A stretch of DNA of 38,988 nucleotides from Spirochaetota bacterium. GTDB taxonomy: Bacteria > Spirochaetota > Brevinematia > DTOW01. Position numbers and translations under genes: made by a program. Each line of letters begins with the position of its first letter. The first letter of the stretch is position 1. Below the pieces are notes generated by a model, which saw nothing but the letters and a program-made list of their open reading frames with translations, was not told the origin of the DNA and searched no databases. The stretch is taken from assembly GCA_028276145.1 (NCBI GenBank), contig JAPYWX010000001.1, positions 1 to 38,988 of the forward strand, in the 5' to 3' direction. Below are positions 16,669 to 26,321 of the stretch, one piece after another.

Positions 16669-18171
16669 TTAGAATTGCTGTAAGTTCTCTAAAAATTCGT
16701 CATTATTCCTCGTTTTCAATAGAACTTCCGTAAGCTTCTGTATTATCTCCTCATTGCTCATATCACTTATTGCTCTTCTAAGCAACCATATCCTATGAAG
16801 TTTATCGTCAGGTAGCAATAGTTCCTCTCTTCTCGTACCTGAAAGCTTAAGGTCGATAGCTGGGAAAATCCTCTTGTTAGCCAAATCTCTACTCAAGTGT
16901 ATCTCCATATTGCCTGTACCTTTAAACTCTTCGTATATCACCTCATCCATCTTACTACCTGTATCTATCAAAGCAGAAGCTATAATCGTTAAACTCCCAC
17001 CCTCCTCTATCTTCCTAGCCGAACCAAAGAAGTACTTAGGTTTCTGGAATGCACCAACTTCTATACCACCCGACATTATTCTACCCGTCGGTGGCATTAT
17101 CTGGTTATAGGCTCTCGTTAACCTTGTCAAACTATCAAGAAGTATAACAACATCCATCTTCATTTCTACTAGTCTCTTAGCTCTCTCTAAAACCATTTCG
17201 GCAACTACTCCATGTCTATGCGGCTCCTCATCAAACGTTGAACTTATAACTGTCACATTTTTAAGTGACCTCTTCCAATCTGTTACTTCCTCAGGTCTTT
17301 CATCTATTAACAATATAAACATCACAACTTCGGGGTGATTCTTACGAATTGCTGTTGCAATTTTCTTAAGCAATGTTGTTTTTCCAGCTTTAGGCTGAGA
17401 TACAACCATACCTCTCTGCCCTTTACCTATCGGGACAAACATATCAACTATCCTAGTATCAACATCATCATGCGAGTACTCCAAATTGAACTTCTCTGTA
17501 GGAAACATCGGCGTGAGATCCTCAAAATTTGGTCTTCTGTGAAGAGGACCTGTGAAAGGAACTCCATTAACATGTGTTACCTTTATTAATCCAAAATACC
17601 TTTCGTTTTCCTTCATCGGAGGTCTGATAGTACCAACAATCTCATCACCTGTTCTTAACCCCAAAGACCTTATCTGACTTTGTGCTACATATATATCACC
17701 AGGTACAGGTAAGTAATTATGTTTCTCTGACCTCAGAAAACCATATCCTTGGTTTTGGTCCGTAAGAATCTGTAAAACTCCTCTACCATAGACTATACCA
17801 CCAAGTTTAGTATGATTTTCAACAATTTTAAACAATATATCTTGTTTCGTTCTGTATGATGTTAGTTTATAACCATAAGCCTGCTCTAGAAACTCTAGAA
17901 GCTCATCAGCACTCTTCTCCTTGAGATCATCAAGATAAAGCTCTCTTATATCATCTGAAAGAATTTTTTTCGAAGGCTTAGAAGGGATTTCCTCAGCTTC
18001 AACTTCTTCTTTAATGCTTTCTAATGTCTCTTTGAATTCGTCCTCTTTTGGCTCAACCTCAACAGGCTCAGTCTCCTTCAACTCATCCTGAAAAATATTT
18101 TCTTGAGACTTAGAAAAGAGATTTGACTCAAAAGAATTAGATTCAATTTCCTTTTCAATATCACCAAACAT
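16669..18171 (-). CDS. rho: Transcription termination factor Rho, with an acidic N-terminal extension of about 80 aa
   Basis: Walker A PKAGKT, LLIDERPEEV, FDEEPHRH, LLDSLTRLTRAYN and KRIFPAIDL are canonical Rho motifs. The N-terminal residues are E/K/S-rich. Confidence 0.92.
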   Translation of the reverse strand: MFGDIEKEIESNSFESNLFSKSQENIFQDELKETEPVEVEPKEDEFKETLESIKEEVEAEEIPSKPSKKILSDDIRELYLDDLKEKSADELLEFLEQAYGYKLTSYRTKQDILFKIVENHTKLGGIVYGRGVLQILTDQNQGYGFLRSEKHNYLPVPGDIYVAQSQIRSLGLRTGDEIVGTIRPPMKENERYFGLIKVTHVNGVPFTGPLHRRPNFEDLTPMFPTEKFNLEYSHDDVDTRIVDMFVPIGKGQRGMVVSQPKAGKTTLLKKIATAIRKNHPEVVMFILLIDERPEEVTDWKRSLKNVTVISSTFDEEPHRHGVVAEMVLERAKRLVEMKMDVVILLDSLTRLTRAYNQIMPPTGRIMSGGIEVGAFQKPKYFFGSARKIEEGGSLTIIASALIDTGSKMDEVIYEEFKGTGNMEIHLSRDLANKRIFPAIDLKLSGTRREELLLPDDKLHRIWLLRRAISDMSNEEIIQKLTEVLLKTRNNDEFLENLQQF

Positions 18172-18262
18172 AAAAAACCTCTCTAGAAGATTTTTAGAAG
18201 AATGGAAAACCTCAGAGATATATTCCCTATTTTATAAGTTTGGAACATAACTATCAAGTTTC

Positions 18263-18291
18263 TTGAATGTTCCTAAGTTTTTATTGATAAT
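18263..18291 (+). promoter_or_regulatory. Sigma70-like promoter TTGAAT-17 nt-GATAAT upstream of the MalF-like gene
   Basis: TTGAAT at 18263-18268 and GATAAT at 18286-18291. RBS AAAGGAG and the ATG at 18317 follow. Confidence 0.45.
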
Positions 18292-18316
18292 AAAATAAAG
18301 TCAAAGGAGTAGGTAC

Positions 18317-20437
18317 ATGAAACTTTTCGTAAAGAAGTATGTCTTTTCAGAAGGGCAAAGGCTTTTCTGGGCAGCCTTCCTCTCAATATTTTTGCTATTC
18401 TTCCTACTATTTGTACACCTCTGGATAACATCAAACTCAATCGAAAACTTCAAGACAGAAATAAAAATAACTGCATTAATGAATACATCTAAATTGATTT
18501 ACGACAAATACGGTGGTGCTACCACCAATGAGACAGGAACGAAAAGCCAAACCAAAAAAGGTAAATCATGGCTTTCATTCTATGAAGAAGAATCCTCAGG
18601 CTTTGACCTACTCTTTCAAAGCAAACCGAAAGGAAAAGAAACAGCTAAAGAAAAAGAAGAAAACCCAAAATTCAAAGATTTCTCATACATTTTAGGTTAC
18701 ATCGTAACAAATTACGGTTTACCGGCAGATGAAAACGAGTTACTTACCAAAAACCTATGGAATATAGAGGTAATAAAGGGAGAAAAATTAATAGCTTCTT
18801 CTGACATCGAAAGCTTAGATAAAGGGAAAATATCAATAAAGAACCTATTTAGAATAAAAAAGGACTCAACAGAAAATAATTTCGTAGTTGAAGAAAGAAA
18901 TAGAGGCTCCTTCGTAGGATACGATGAAGTAATAAAAGGCTACACTTTCAAAGATGAGGACCTAACAGTAGGAGTGGGATACATAGAAAAACCTTTTGTC
19001 TTCCCATATACACCTCTTATATTTTATTTCATCCTCTCACTAATCCTAGCTTTGATTTTCATACCCATAAAGTTCCTTCCTGAGAAAATAAAGCTATACG
19101 TAGGTATAGCTCTACTCATAGTAGTAGCACTAATATTATACTCATCATACTCTAACTACTTAAACTATACAGTATATTCCAAAGCTGAAGAGGTAAAGCC
19201 ACTAATAAGCGATCTATTCAAATCACTCCAAGAAAAAGAGCTTGTAAACAGCAAAGAAGAATTTGTTCAATACCTATCGAAAGAAGTAGGAGACATAAAA
19301 GCAATTTCTTATACATCAACTGACGGAACTTTTGAAATTGAACCTAGTTCTTTAAAATACTATCAAAATTTATTTTTAACACCATTCACACTAATATACC
19401 TCATAGCATTTTTATTATCACTTGGCGTATTTTACTATTCTGCTAAAGGTGGGCTAGAGAAGTGGCTAAATGCATTTTATAACTACAGTGTTGTTTACAT
19501 ATTCATCATTCTAGCTTTATTGCTAGTATTTATACTGATAGGAGTACCTTTCCTATTTACCATAATAATGAGTTTTACCTCTCTATCTAGATACCTATCT
19601 GACCTCAACCTTGCTAGGCAATTCGTAGGATTATACAACTACCAAGACATACTGAATATTCACCACATCTTAGCGATGATAGGATTCGAAAAATCAAAAG
19701 AAATAGTAGAATCATCTCCTTTCTTCGTAAGGAATTTCACTAATTTCTATCAGGTGTTAATCAACACATTCCTTTATACCTTCTTCTCAGTTATAATTCA
19801 GGTAACACTAGGTGTCTTATTCGCTGTTATCCTCAACGATAACAAAGTAAAACTAAGAGGGATATACCAAGTTCTTCTCATCTTACCCTGGGTAATTCCA
19901 ACATACATTAGCGCTCTTCTGTGGAGAGAAGCACTAGGTCAATATGGTGTCTTCAAACAACTTTTTGATTCAATAGGTCTGGAAGGGTTCAATATATACG
20001 CAAACAGTACAGTATACTTCTTATCGATTTGCTTTGTTAGTGCGTGGTATGCATTCCCATTCATAATGATTGTAACATTAAGCGGATTACAAGGAATATC
20101 TGAATCGGTAAAAGACGCTGCATTAATAGATGGTGCTGGATGGTTTACAAGACTCTTTTCTATTTATCTACCTTTAATAAGGCCTACCTTACTACCATCA
20201 GTACTACTCTCCTCTATATGGACTTTTAATAACTTTAACATTGTCTACCTCTACACCGGTGGGAATGACGCGTATGACATACTGATAACAAGAATATACG
20301 ATTTTGTTTCGAGACCAGACCTTAGAGTATTTACTTATGGATATGCTGCCGCCTATTCTACGCTAGTTTTCATCATATTGCTTATCTACATACTAGCATT
20401 TGCCAGAATAACAAAACTAACCGAAAGAACTTATTAG
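18317..20437 (+). CDS. CUT1-type (MalF-like) ABC sugar permease fused to a roughly 390-aa N-terminal membrane/extracytoplasmic extension
   Basis: The C-terminal 320 aa or so look like a typical MalF/UgpA-type permease, including an EAA-loop region (DAALIDGAGWFTRLFSIYLPLIRP). The N-terminal part has TM segments, a K/E-rich low-complexity stretch and no motif I recognise. Confidence 0.75.
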   Translation: MKLFVKKYVFSEGQRLFWAAFLSIFLLFFLLFVHLWITSNSIENFKTEIKITALMNTSKLIYDKYGGATTNETGTKSQTKKGKSWLSFYEEESSGFDLLFQSKPKGKETAKEKEENPKFKDFSYILGYIVTNYGLPADENELLTKNLWNIEVIKGEKLIASSDIESLDKGKISIKNLFRIKKDSTENNFVVEERNRGSFVGYDEVIKGYTFKDEDLTVGVGYIEKPFVFPYTPLIFYFILSLILALIFIPIKFLPEKIKLYVGIALLIVVALILYSSYSNYLNYTVYSKAEEVKPLISDLFKSLQEKELVNSKEEFVQYLSKEVGDIKAISYTSTDGTFEIEPSSLKYYQNLFLTPFTLIYLIAFLLSLGVFYYSAKGGLEKWLNAFYNYSVVYIFIILALLLVFILIGVPFLFTIIMSFTSLSRYLSDLNLARQFVGLYNYQDILNIHHILAMIGFEKSKEIVESSPFFVRNFTNFYQVLINTFLYTFFSVIIQVTLGVLFAVILNDNKVKLRGIYQVLLILPWVIPTYISALLWREALGQYGVFKQLFDSIGLEGFNIYANSTVYFLSICFVSAWYAFPFIMIVTLSGLQGISESVKDAALIDGAGWFTRLFSIYLPLIRPTLLPSVLLSSIWTFNNFNIVYLYTGGNDAYDILITRIYDFVSRPDLRVFTYGYAAAYSTLVFIILLIYILAFARITKLTERTY

Positions 20438-20445
20438 GAGGGATT

Positions 20446-21279
20446 ATGAAAAGGATTTATTACGTATTAATTCAATTATTTTTGATATTGTCCGTAATCT
20501 TACTTCTTTTACCTGTACTTTGGGTAGTTTTAATATCTTTTTACTCTAGGGATCTAATGAGGACTATATTCTCAGAAATACTTCACGGGAGATTACATCT
20601 ATCTAGCCTTACACTAGGAAACTATCTCTATATTCTTACAGATCCTAATTTCTTACAGTGGCTTTTAAACAGCGCTATAGTCGCTGCTAGTGTGGCATTT
20701 GTTAGTACATTCATAGGATTCATGGCAGGATACGGCATATCAAGGTACCAATTCCCCGGCAGAAGAGTATTCCTAATATCACTACTTGTAACTCAGCTTT
20801 TCCCAATTGCAATGATGATAGTTCCTTTCTTGATAATAATGTCACTACTAGGACTAATCGGAACACTCCAAGGATTAAGTTTGGCATATCTAGCCACAAC
20901 ATTACCTTTCTCTATATGGATACTAAAGGGCTTCTTTGATACAGTTCCTTCTGATATAGAAGAAGCTGCCGTAGTTGATGGAGCGAATTTGTTACAGCTA
21001 ATTGGATACGTACTAATTCCTATATCACGTCCTGCTTTAGCAACATCCTTCATATTTTCATTCGTCACATGCTGGAATGAATACGCTATTTCTTTTGTAT
21101 TCCTATCAGATGTTTCGCTTTACACTCTACCACCAGGCATAAAATCATTACTTGACAACAATGACCTTTCAGGCTTTGCAGCTGCCGTAGTTTTAGTATC
21201 AATACCAGTAGTATTTCTATTCATGTACATAAGAAAAGAATTAGTAGAAAGCGTAACATTAGGTTCAGTTAAGGAGTAG
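20446..21279 (+). CDS. CUT1-type (MalG-like) ABC sugar permease
   Basis: Six predicted TM segments. EAA loop EEAAVVDGANLLQLIGYVLIPISRPAL. 277 aa. Confidence 0.85.
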   Translation: MKRIYYVLIQLFLILSVILLLLPVLWVVLISFYSRDLMRTIFSEILHGRLHLSSLTLGNYLYILTDPNFLQWLLNSAIVAASVAFVSTFIGFMAGYGISRYQFPGRRVFLISLLVTQLFPIAMMIVPFLIIMSLLGLIGTLQGLSLAYLATTLPFSIWILKGFFDTVPSDIEEAAVVDGANLLQLIGYVLIPISRPALATSFIFSFVTCWNEYAISFVFLSDVSLYTLPPGIKSLLDNNDLSGFAAAVVLVSIPVVFLFMYIRKELVESVTLGSVKE

Positions 21280-21282
21280 AAA

Positions 21283-22005
21283 ATGTTTATTCCGTTATTT
21301 GACATAAACAACAGAGGAAGTGACATTACCTTCACTCCATTCATGACACTGATAATAATATCCAATGTTATCGTATTTATCTACCAGAGCTTTCTTATTC
21401 CAGATGTTCAAGCATTCTTTAGAGAATGGGGGGTAGTTCCTTTAAAAATACTGAAAGCAAATGAAATAATTTCCGACATTCCATACTATCCATATATAAC
21501 ACTCGTAACATATTCATTTATTCATGCTAACTTTTGGCACATATTAGGCAACATGTGGTTTTTCTTCATATTTGCTAATGATGTTGAAGCAAGGATGAGA
21601 CCTATAATATTTCTTTTATTCTATCTAGGTGGAGCTATCATAGCCGCTATTTCCCAAATACTCTATACAACAAATTGGAATCTAAACATAGAAAACGCCT
21701 ACTCTAACAAAGCATTACTAGCCAGTCTTTCAACACCTTTAGTAGGAGCTAGTGGAGCTATTAGTGCTGTCTTAGGTGCTTACCTTAGGTATTTCCCTGA
21801 AGCGGAGATTGCTACATTAATTTTATTCTTCTTCATAACGATTATACCCATATCTGCGATATGGTACATAGGTGGTTGGTTCGTCTACCAAGTAATAAAT
21901 GCTCTAGCTAACCCACAATCAAGTGTCGCATGGATTGCTCACATCGCCGGATTTGTTTACGGATACCTCTTCGCTAGTGTGTACAAAGGTAAAGAAGAAT
22001 ACTAG
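21283..22005 (+). CDS. Rhomboid family intramembrane serine protease
   Basis: HANFWHILGNMWFFFIFANDVE, catalytic GASGAISAVLGAY, and the downstream AHIAGFVYG histidine. Confidence 0.85.
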   Translation: MFIPLFDINNRGSDITFTPFMTLIIISNVIVFIYQSFLIPDVQAFFREWGVVPLKILKANEIISDIPYYPYITLVTYSFIHANFWHILGNMWFFFIFANDVEARMRPIIFLLFYLGGAIIAAISQILYTTNWNLNIENAYSNKALLASLSTPLVGASGAISAVLGAYLRYFPEAEIATLILFFFITIIPISAIWYIGGWFVYQVINALANPQSSVAWIAHIAGFVYGYLFASVYKGKEEY

Positions 22006-22007
22006 AT

Positions 22008-22796
22008 ATGCCTGTTGATATAGTCAACTTCCTCATATACAACTTTCAATTTTTTCTGGTGGCATTTACAAGAACAATGGGCATGCTTTCAATACTACCA
22101 CTTTTCAGTGGCATCAATGTACCCAATAGGATAAGAGTGGTACTAGCATTCTTTCTATCGTATATAATTTTCCCTATCATATCTCAGATGGGATATGAAT
22201 TACCAAAAAGTCTAGGAGACTTTTTCTTTTTGCTTGTTGGCGAGCTGATAATAGGTTTGCTCATTGGTTTCTTCGTTTTCTTAATAGTCTCTGCTTTTCA
22301 ATTAGCTGCTCAAATATTTTCTACCTCATTTGGGCTTGGATTCATAGAAGTTGTTGACCCTCTTTCTGAAACTAGCATACCAACCTATGGTACATTACTC
22401 CTAATATTCGCAACAATGGTTTTTATTGCAGTTAATGGGCCATTTCTATCATTTCAGGCAATAATTGAAAGCTACAAAAAAATATGGCTTTCAAATATCA
22501 GAATAGAAACAATAGAGGCAGCTGCAAAGTTTATTGTTAGTGGATTCAATGCGATGTTCCTCATCGCTCTACAAATCTCCATACCAATAATAGGTGTTAT
22601 CTTCATAGTAGACATAGTTATAGGCATTATAGCCAAAACAGCTCCACAGATGAACGTTCTAAACCTTGGTTTTGATGTAAAAATGGTACTAGGGCTAATA
22701 CTCGTCATAATTTTTATTGGTCCTATACTAACATTGATGCAAGATGTCATAAAAGAAGCCTTTTATAAAATCTGGCACTTCCTCAAGATGTTCTAA
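22008..22796 (+). CDS. fliR: Flagellar type III export apparatus protein FliR
   Basis: 262-aa polytopic protein. The N-terminal FLLVAFTRTMGMLSILPLF, the later GELIIGLLIGF and the overall pattern are typical of FliR. It starts 2 nt after the rhomboid gene ends. Its 3' end overlaps gpsA by 4 nt (convergent). Confidence 0.8.
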   Translation: MPVDIVNFLIYNFQFFLVAFTRTMGMLSILPLFSGINVPNRIRVVLAFFLSYIIFPIISQMGYELPKSLGDFFFLLVGELIIGLLIGFFVFLIVSAFQLAAQIFSTSFGLGFIEVVDPLSETSIPTYGTLLLIFATMVFIAVNGPFLSFQAIIESYKKIWLSNIRIETIEAAAKFIVSGFNAMFLIALQISIPIIGVIFIVDIVIGIIAKTAPQMNVLNLGFDVKMVLGLILVIIFIGPILTLMQDVIKEAFYKIWHFLKMF

Positions 22797-23785
22797 AAAT
22801 TCTGATAAAACTCTATCTTCAAGCTCCTACTCATAAGGTTTCTAAGTGATTCGAATGGTGATTTCCCTTCATAAAGAAGGGAAAAAACTTCATTCACTAT
22901 CGGCATTTCAATATTATTTATTTCTGCTAATCTCTTTATTGCAGGTGTACTATAGTACCCTTCTGCAACCATCTTTGAACTTTTTATTACCTCTTCAGGT
23001 TTCTCACCTTTTGCTATTCTTTCGCCAAGTCCCCTATTCCTACTATGCCTACTAGTACATGTAACTATTAAGTCACCCACACCAGAAAGCCCAAAGAATG
23101 TTTCAAACTTTCCTCCCATCTTAATCCCAAACCTAGAAATTTCATGAAGTCCCCTAGTTATAAGAGACGCTTTAGCATTATCTCCTAACATTAGCCCATC
23201 ACATACACCTGCGGCAATAGCTATTATATTTTTCGTAACGCCCGAAATCTCAACACCCCTTATATCATCCCAAACATAAACCCTAAAACTCTCAGAACTT
23301 ATTGAAGATTGTATTTCTTTAGCTAGATTAAGGTTATCCATTGCCAAGGTAATAGCACACGGTAATCCTAAAGCCACTTCTTCAGCATGACTAGGTCCCG
23401 AAAGAACACCCACATCAGAAACATCTATTTCATCAATTATTATCTCCGTTGGAAACTTTAATGTCTCAAACTCTAACCCCTTGGTACAGCTTATTACTAT
23501 TTTGCCTTTGAGAACCTCCCTGAATTCCTTTAAAGTACCTCTTAGATACTTTGAAGGTACAACAACAAAAACAACATCTCTATCACTCAAATCTTGAGGC
23601 TCTGAAACCAAAGTGACTGATGAAGGAATTTTCACCCCTTTGAGATAATCAGGGCTCTCGCCATATTTCCTGATGTAATCTATCACTTCTCTCCTTCTAA
23701 CCCACAACTTAGCATCATTATTTTTTGAAAAAACTATTGACAAAGCTAAACCCCAACTACCTGCTCCGATAATACCTACCTTCAT
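22793..23785 (-). CDS. gpsA: NAD(P)H-dependent glycerol-3-phosphate dehydrogenase
   Basis: MKVGIIGAGSWG Rossmann motif, GLKN-type NIIAIAAG, GDLIVTCTS..SRN..G, and VAEG near the C-terminus. Confidence 0.9.
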   Translation of the reverse strand: MKVGIIGAGSWGLALSIVFSKNNDAKLWVRRREVIDYIRKYGESPDYLKGVKIPSSVTLVSEPQDLSDRDVVFVVVPSKYLRGTLKEFREVLKGKIVISCTKGLEFETLKFPTEIIIDEIDVSDVGVLSGPSHAEEVALGLPCAITLAMDNLNLAKEIQSSISSESFRVYVWDDIRGVEISGVTKNIIAIAAGVCDGLMLGDNAKASLITRGLHEISRFGIKMGGKFETFFGLSGVGDLIVTCTSRHSRNRGLGERIAKGEKPEEVIKSSKMVAEGYYSTPAIKRLAEINNIEMPIVNEVFSLLYEGKSPFESLRNLMSRSLKIEFYQNF

Positions 23786-23793
23786 AAAACCAC

Positions 23794-25062
23794 CTATGTT
23801 TTCCTTTTTTTCCTTTCTGATGCTGGAAACAAAACATTGTTTAGTATCAACCTGTAGCCTGGCGAATTAGGTGTAAGGGAAACATCAGTCGGCGGGTCAC
23901 CAACATAGTGTGAATAATCCTCAGGATCATGCCCACCTAAAAAACAGAAAGCACCTTTGCCAAGCTCACCTCTTATATACTTAGCATAACCAGGCAAACT
24001 ATCACCATAGTCAGCAAGGATTGTAATACTTTCTTTCATTTTCCCTTTATTAAATGCTGTTGTTTGCCCCAGAAATTCCTTTACCTTAGTCGTATGATTT
24101 TGTACCAACATAGTACTCACAGGATCGTACTTTGCTGAAAATTCTTTCAAATAAAAATAATTCGGATGATTGTAAGAAATAGCGTAGTTCGGATAATCAA
24201 TGTCAGAGTATTCGTAAACATAAGGGTCAGTAATAATTGAGAAATCTTTAAAAGCAAAGGTTATATCAAAGTTTAGTTTTGAAGAATAATTAGGATCAAC
24301 AGGTGTACCATCAAAAATTTCAGGCACAATATCAGTATTAATTGCAGACAAAGCTATATCCAAGGTATCAGTTCCAGCACACATACCAAAAAGGAATCCT
24401 CCGTTCTCTACATATTCCCTTATCTTCATTGCTACCTTAGCTTTCATTTCTCTTACACTCCTGAAACCTTTGCTTTTCGCCATATTCTCAAGGCATGAAA
24501 CCATTTTTATATACCACGGAGAAGAGCCATAACTAGAAAAAAACTTACCAAACTGGCCGGTAAAATCTTCATGGTCAAAATGAAGCCAATCTATCTGATA
24601 CTCTTCTAGCTTCCCTTCAAGAATATCCTCATCAGTAAGCTCAACAAACGGAATATTCGCATACTTCAAAGCTATCTCAACAGCATCGTCATAAGGCAAA
24701 TCTATCTTGAGTCTGTATAATCCTATTCTTGGCGCTTTAGTCAACTTTATTATATTCATATTTTCAGTATTCGTAAGACTTGAGAGGTTTACCCAGTCCT
24801 CACTAGTTACCACCTGATAAACAATATTTTCCTTCTTCAACAATTCTTCTGTAAATCTATTCAAAGGTACAACAAAACTCCCACCCCTATAATTCAGAAA
24901 CCAGTACGCTTCAATACCATTTGCTAATGTATTGTAAACAATTCCATAAGGTTTAAGATGATCCACTTGCTTCGTATCCATAGGTATCAAAATAAAATCT
25001 CCGTACGAGTGACCAAAAACTAAGAACAAAACAAGAACTAAGCACAGCTTTTTGAATACCAT
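23794..25062 (-). CDS. Secreted hypothetical protein (about 420 aa)
   Basis: Signal peptide KKLCLVLVLFLVFGHSYG. The N-terminal ILIPMD..Q.DHLKPYG...WFLNYRGGSF resembles, from memory, a conserved family of unknown function that is often mislabelled asparagine synthetase B. The GMCAGTD segment might be a GATase1-like nucleophile elbow. ATG at 25062; the ORF-track TTG at 25077 is an alternative. No SD is visible. Confidence 0.5.
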   Translation of the reverse strand: MVFKKLCLVLVLFLVFGHSYGDFILIPMDTKQVDHLKPYGIVYNTLANGIEAYWFLNYRGGSFVVPLNRFTEELLKKENIVYQVVTSEDWVNLSSLTNTENMNIIKLTKAPRIGLYRLKIDLPYDDAVEIALKYANIPFVELTDEDILEGKLEEYQIDWLHFDHEDFTGQFGKFFSSYGSSPWYIKMVSCLENMAKSKGFRSVREMKAKVAMKIREYVENGGFLFGMCAGTDTLDIALSAINTDIVPEIFDGTPVDPNYSSKLNFDITFAFKDFSIITDPYVYEYSDIDYPNYAISYNHPNYFYLKEFSAKYDPVSTMLVQNHTTKVKEFLGQTTAFNKGKMKESITILADYGDSLPGYAKYIRGELGKGAFCFLGGHDPEDYSHYVGDPPTDVSLTPNSPGYRLILNNVLFPASERKKRKT

Positions 25063-25113
25063 TACTGAATTATACAACTAAAAAAGGTCCCTTTTCTAAC
25101 TTTTATACTCAAA

Positions 25114-25328
25114 GTGCTTCTTAAGCACAGGACTCTTCAGGAAAATTCGCTATTTATGACTTAATTAAGAATGTGCTGAAAGCACATTTCAAGTAATTCT
25201 ATCTCCCACACCATTTCTCAGAAAGGCTTTGCCCTACCTCATTCTCAACAACATCTAAACAAAAAAGTACTACTCAGCACTAACATTATTAAGCACAAGT
25301 GCTAATTGATACGAAGTGTTTCAAACAC
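25114..25328. repeat. Cluster of GTGCT..AGCAC-type palindromes and variants
   Basis: GTGCTTCTTAAGCAC 25114-25128; TTAAGAATGTGCTGAAAGCACAT 25165-25187; GTACTACTCAGCAC 25267-25280; AGCACAAGTGCT 25292-25303; GTGTTTCAAACAC 25316-25328. Confidence 0.8.
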
Positions 25329-25396
25329 AAAGTGCTAAATACATTACATTGAAAATGAATTATCTTACAATTACAATTCAAATGAAGGAGGAGGAC

Positions 25397-26185
25397 ATGT
25401 CAAATAAAAAAGTTATAACATATCTAATCTTAAACATAGTAGGGCTAATATCTATGATTACTATTAATCTCATGTCAACCTTAGGTATAATAGGAGGCAT
25501 AAAACCAGATTATATATCAAATAAGTACTTCACTATACTGACACCCCCAGGCTTTTCCTTCTCTATATGGGGGATTATATACCTACTTCTGATTCTTTTT
25601 ATTGGTTATCAAATTTATTCAATTATCAAAAAAGAAAATCATATAATTCTAAAGCCAGGTATATGGTTTTTCTTGAGTTCAGTTTTTAACATATCTTGGG
25701 TTTTTGCTTGGCACTATCAAATGATAGAAATTTCGTTCTTATCCATTCTCTTACTTCTCATATCGCTAATAATGGTTTACAAAGGTATAGGTATCGGGAA
25801 ACTAGAAGTTTCTCGGGTTGAAAAATTATTCATGTACGTACCATTCAGTATATACTTAGGATGGATAACAGTAGCTACACTCTTAAATCTTCTAGTTTTA
25901 CTGACAAAACTAAACTTCACGCTTTACTTAAACTACCAAGATTTCTGGGGACTAGGTGGTTCAATACTCTTACTATTCATAACTCTGTCAGTGTTGTTTT
26001 TCAGAAACGACATATTCTACGCCCTAACAATAATCTGGGCATCCTCGGGAGCTCTATACTCAAGACTATATGACACAAGAATAGTAGTGGACAGCTTTAC
26101 AACTTCATCTTTAATTGCAACTATAACTATAGTGACTTTGTACACATTGATAAAACTGATAAGAGGCAAAATATACTCTTTCTAA
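25397..26185 (+). CDS. Polytopic membrane protein, possibly TspO/MBR-like (tryptophan-rich sensory protein family)
   Basis: About 8 predicted TM segments. LTPPGFSFSIWGIIYLLL and the W-rich SWVFAWHY resemble long TspO-like proteins as I recall them. ATG at 25397 is preceded by GGAGGAGG. The ORF-track GTG at 25316 lies inside a palindrome and is rejected. Confidence 0.45.
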   Translation: MSNKKVITYLILNIVGLISMITINLMSTLGIIGGIKPDYISNKYFTILTPPGFSFSIWGIIYLLLILFIGYQIYSIIKKENHIILKPGIWFFLSSVFNISWVFAWHYQMIEISFLSILLLLISLIMVYKGIGIGKLEVSRVEKLFMYVPFSIYLGWITVATLLNLLVLLTKLNFTLYLNYQDFWGLGGSILLLFITLSVLFFRNDIFYALTIIWASSGALYSRLYDTRIVVDSFTTSSLIATITIVTLYTLIKLIRGKIYSF

Positions 26186-26186
26186 T

Positions 26187-26321
26187 GTGCTCTTCAGCAC
26201 CAATGTGCTTTTAGCATCCTTAGAAGACTTTGCAAACTTACTATTTATTGTAAAAGGCTCTGACTCCTACAAACTCTTCAGCAGTTGAATAAGTGCTTAA
26301 AGCACTTTGTGCTTAAGGCAC
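26187..26321. repeat. Two pairs of GTGCT..AGCAC palindromes in a convergent intergenic region
   Basis: GTGCTCTTCAGCAC 26187-26200; GTGCTTTTAGCAT 26205-26217; TTGAATAAGTGCTTAAAGCAC 26285-26305; GTGCTTAAGGCAC 26309-26321. Confidence 0.8.
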
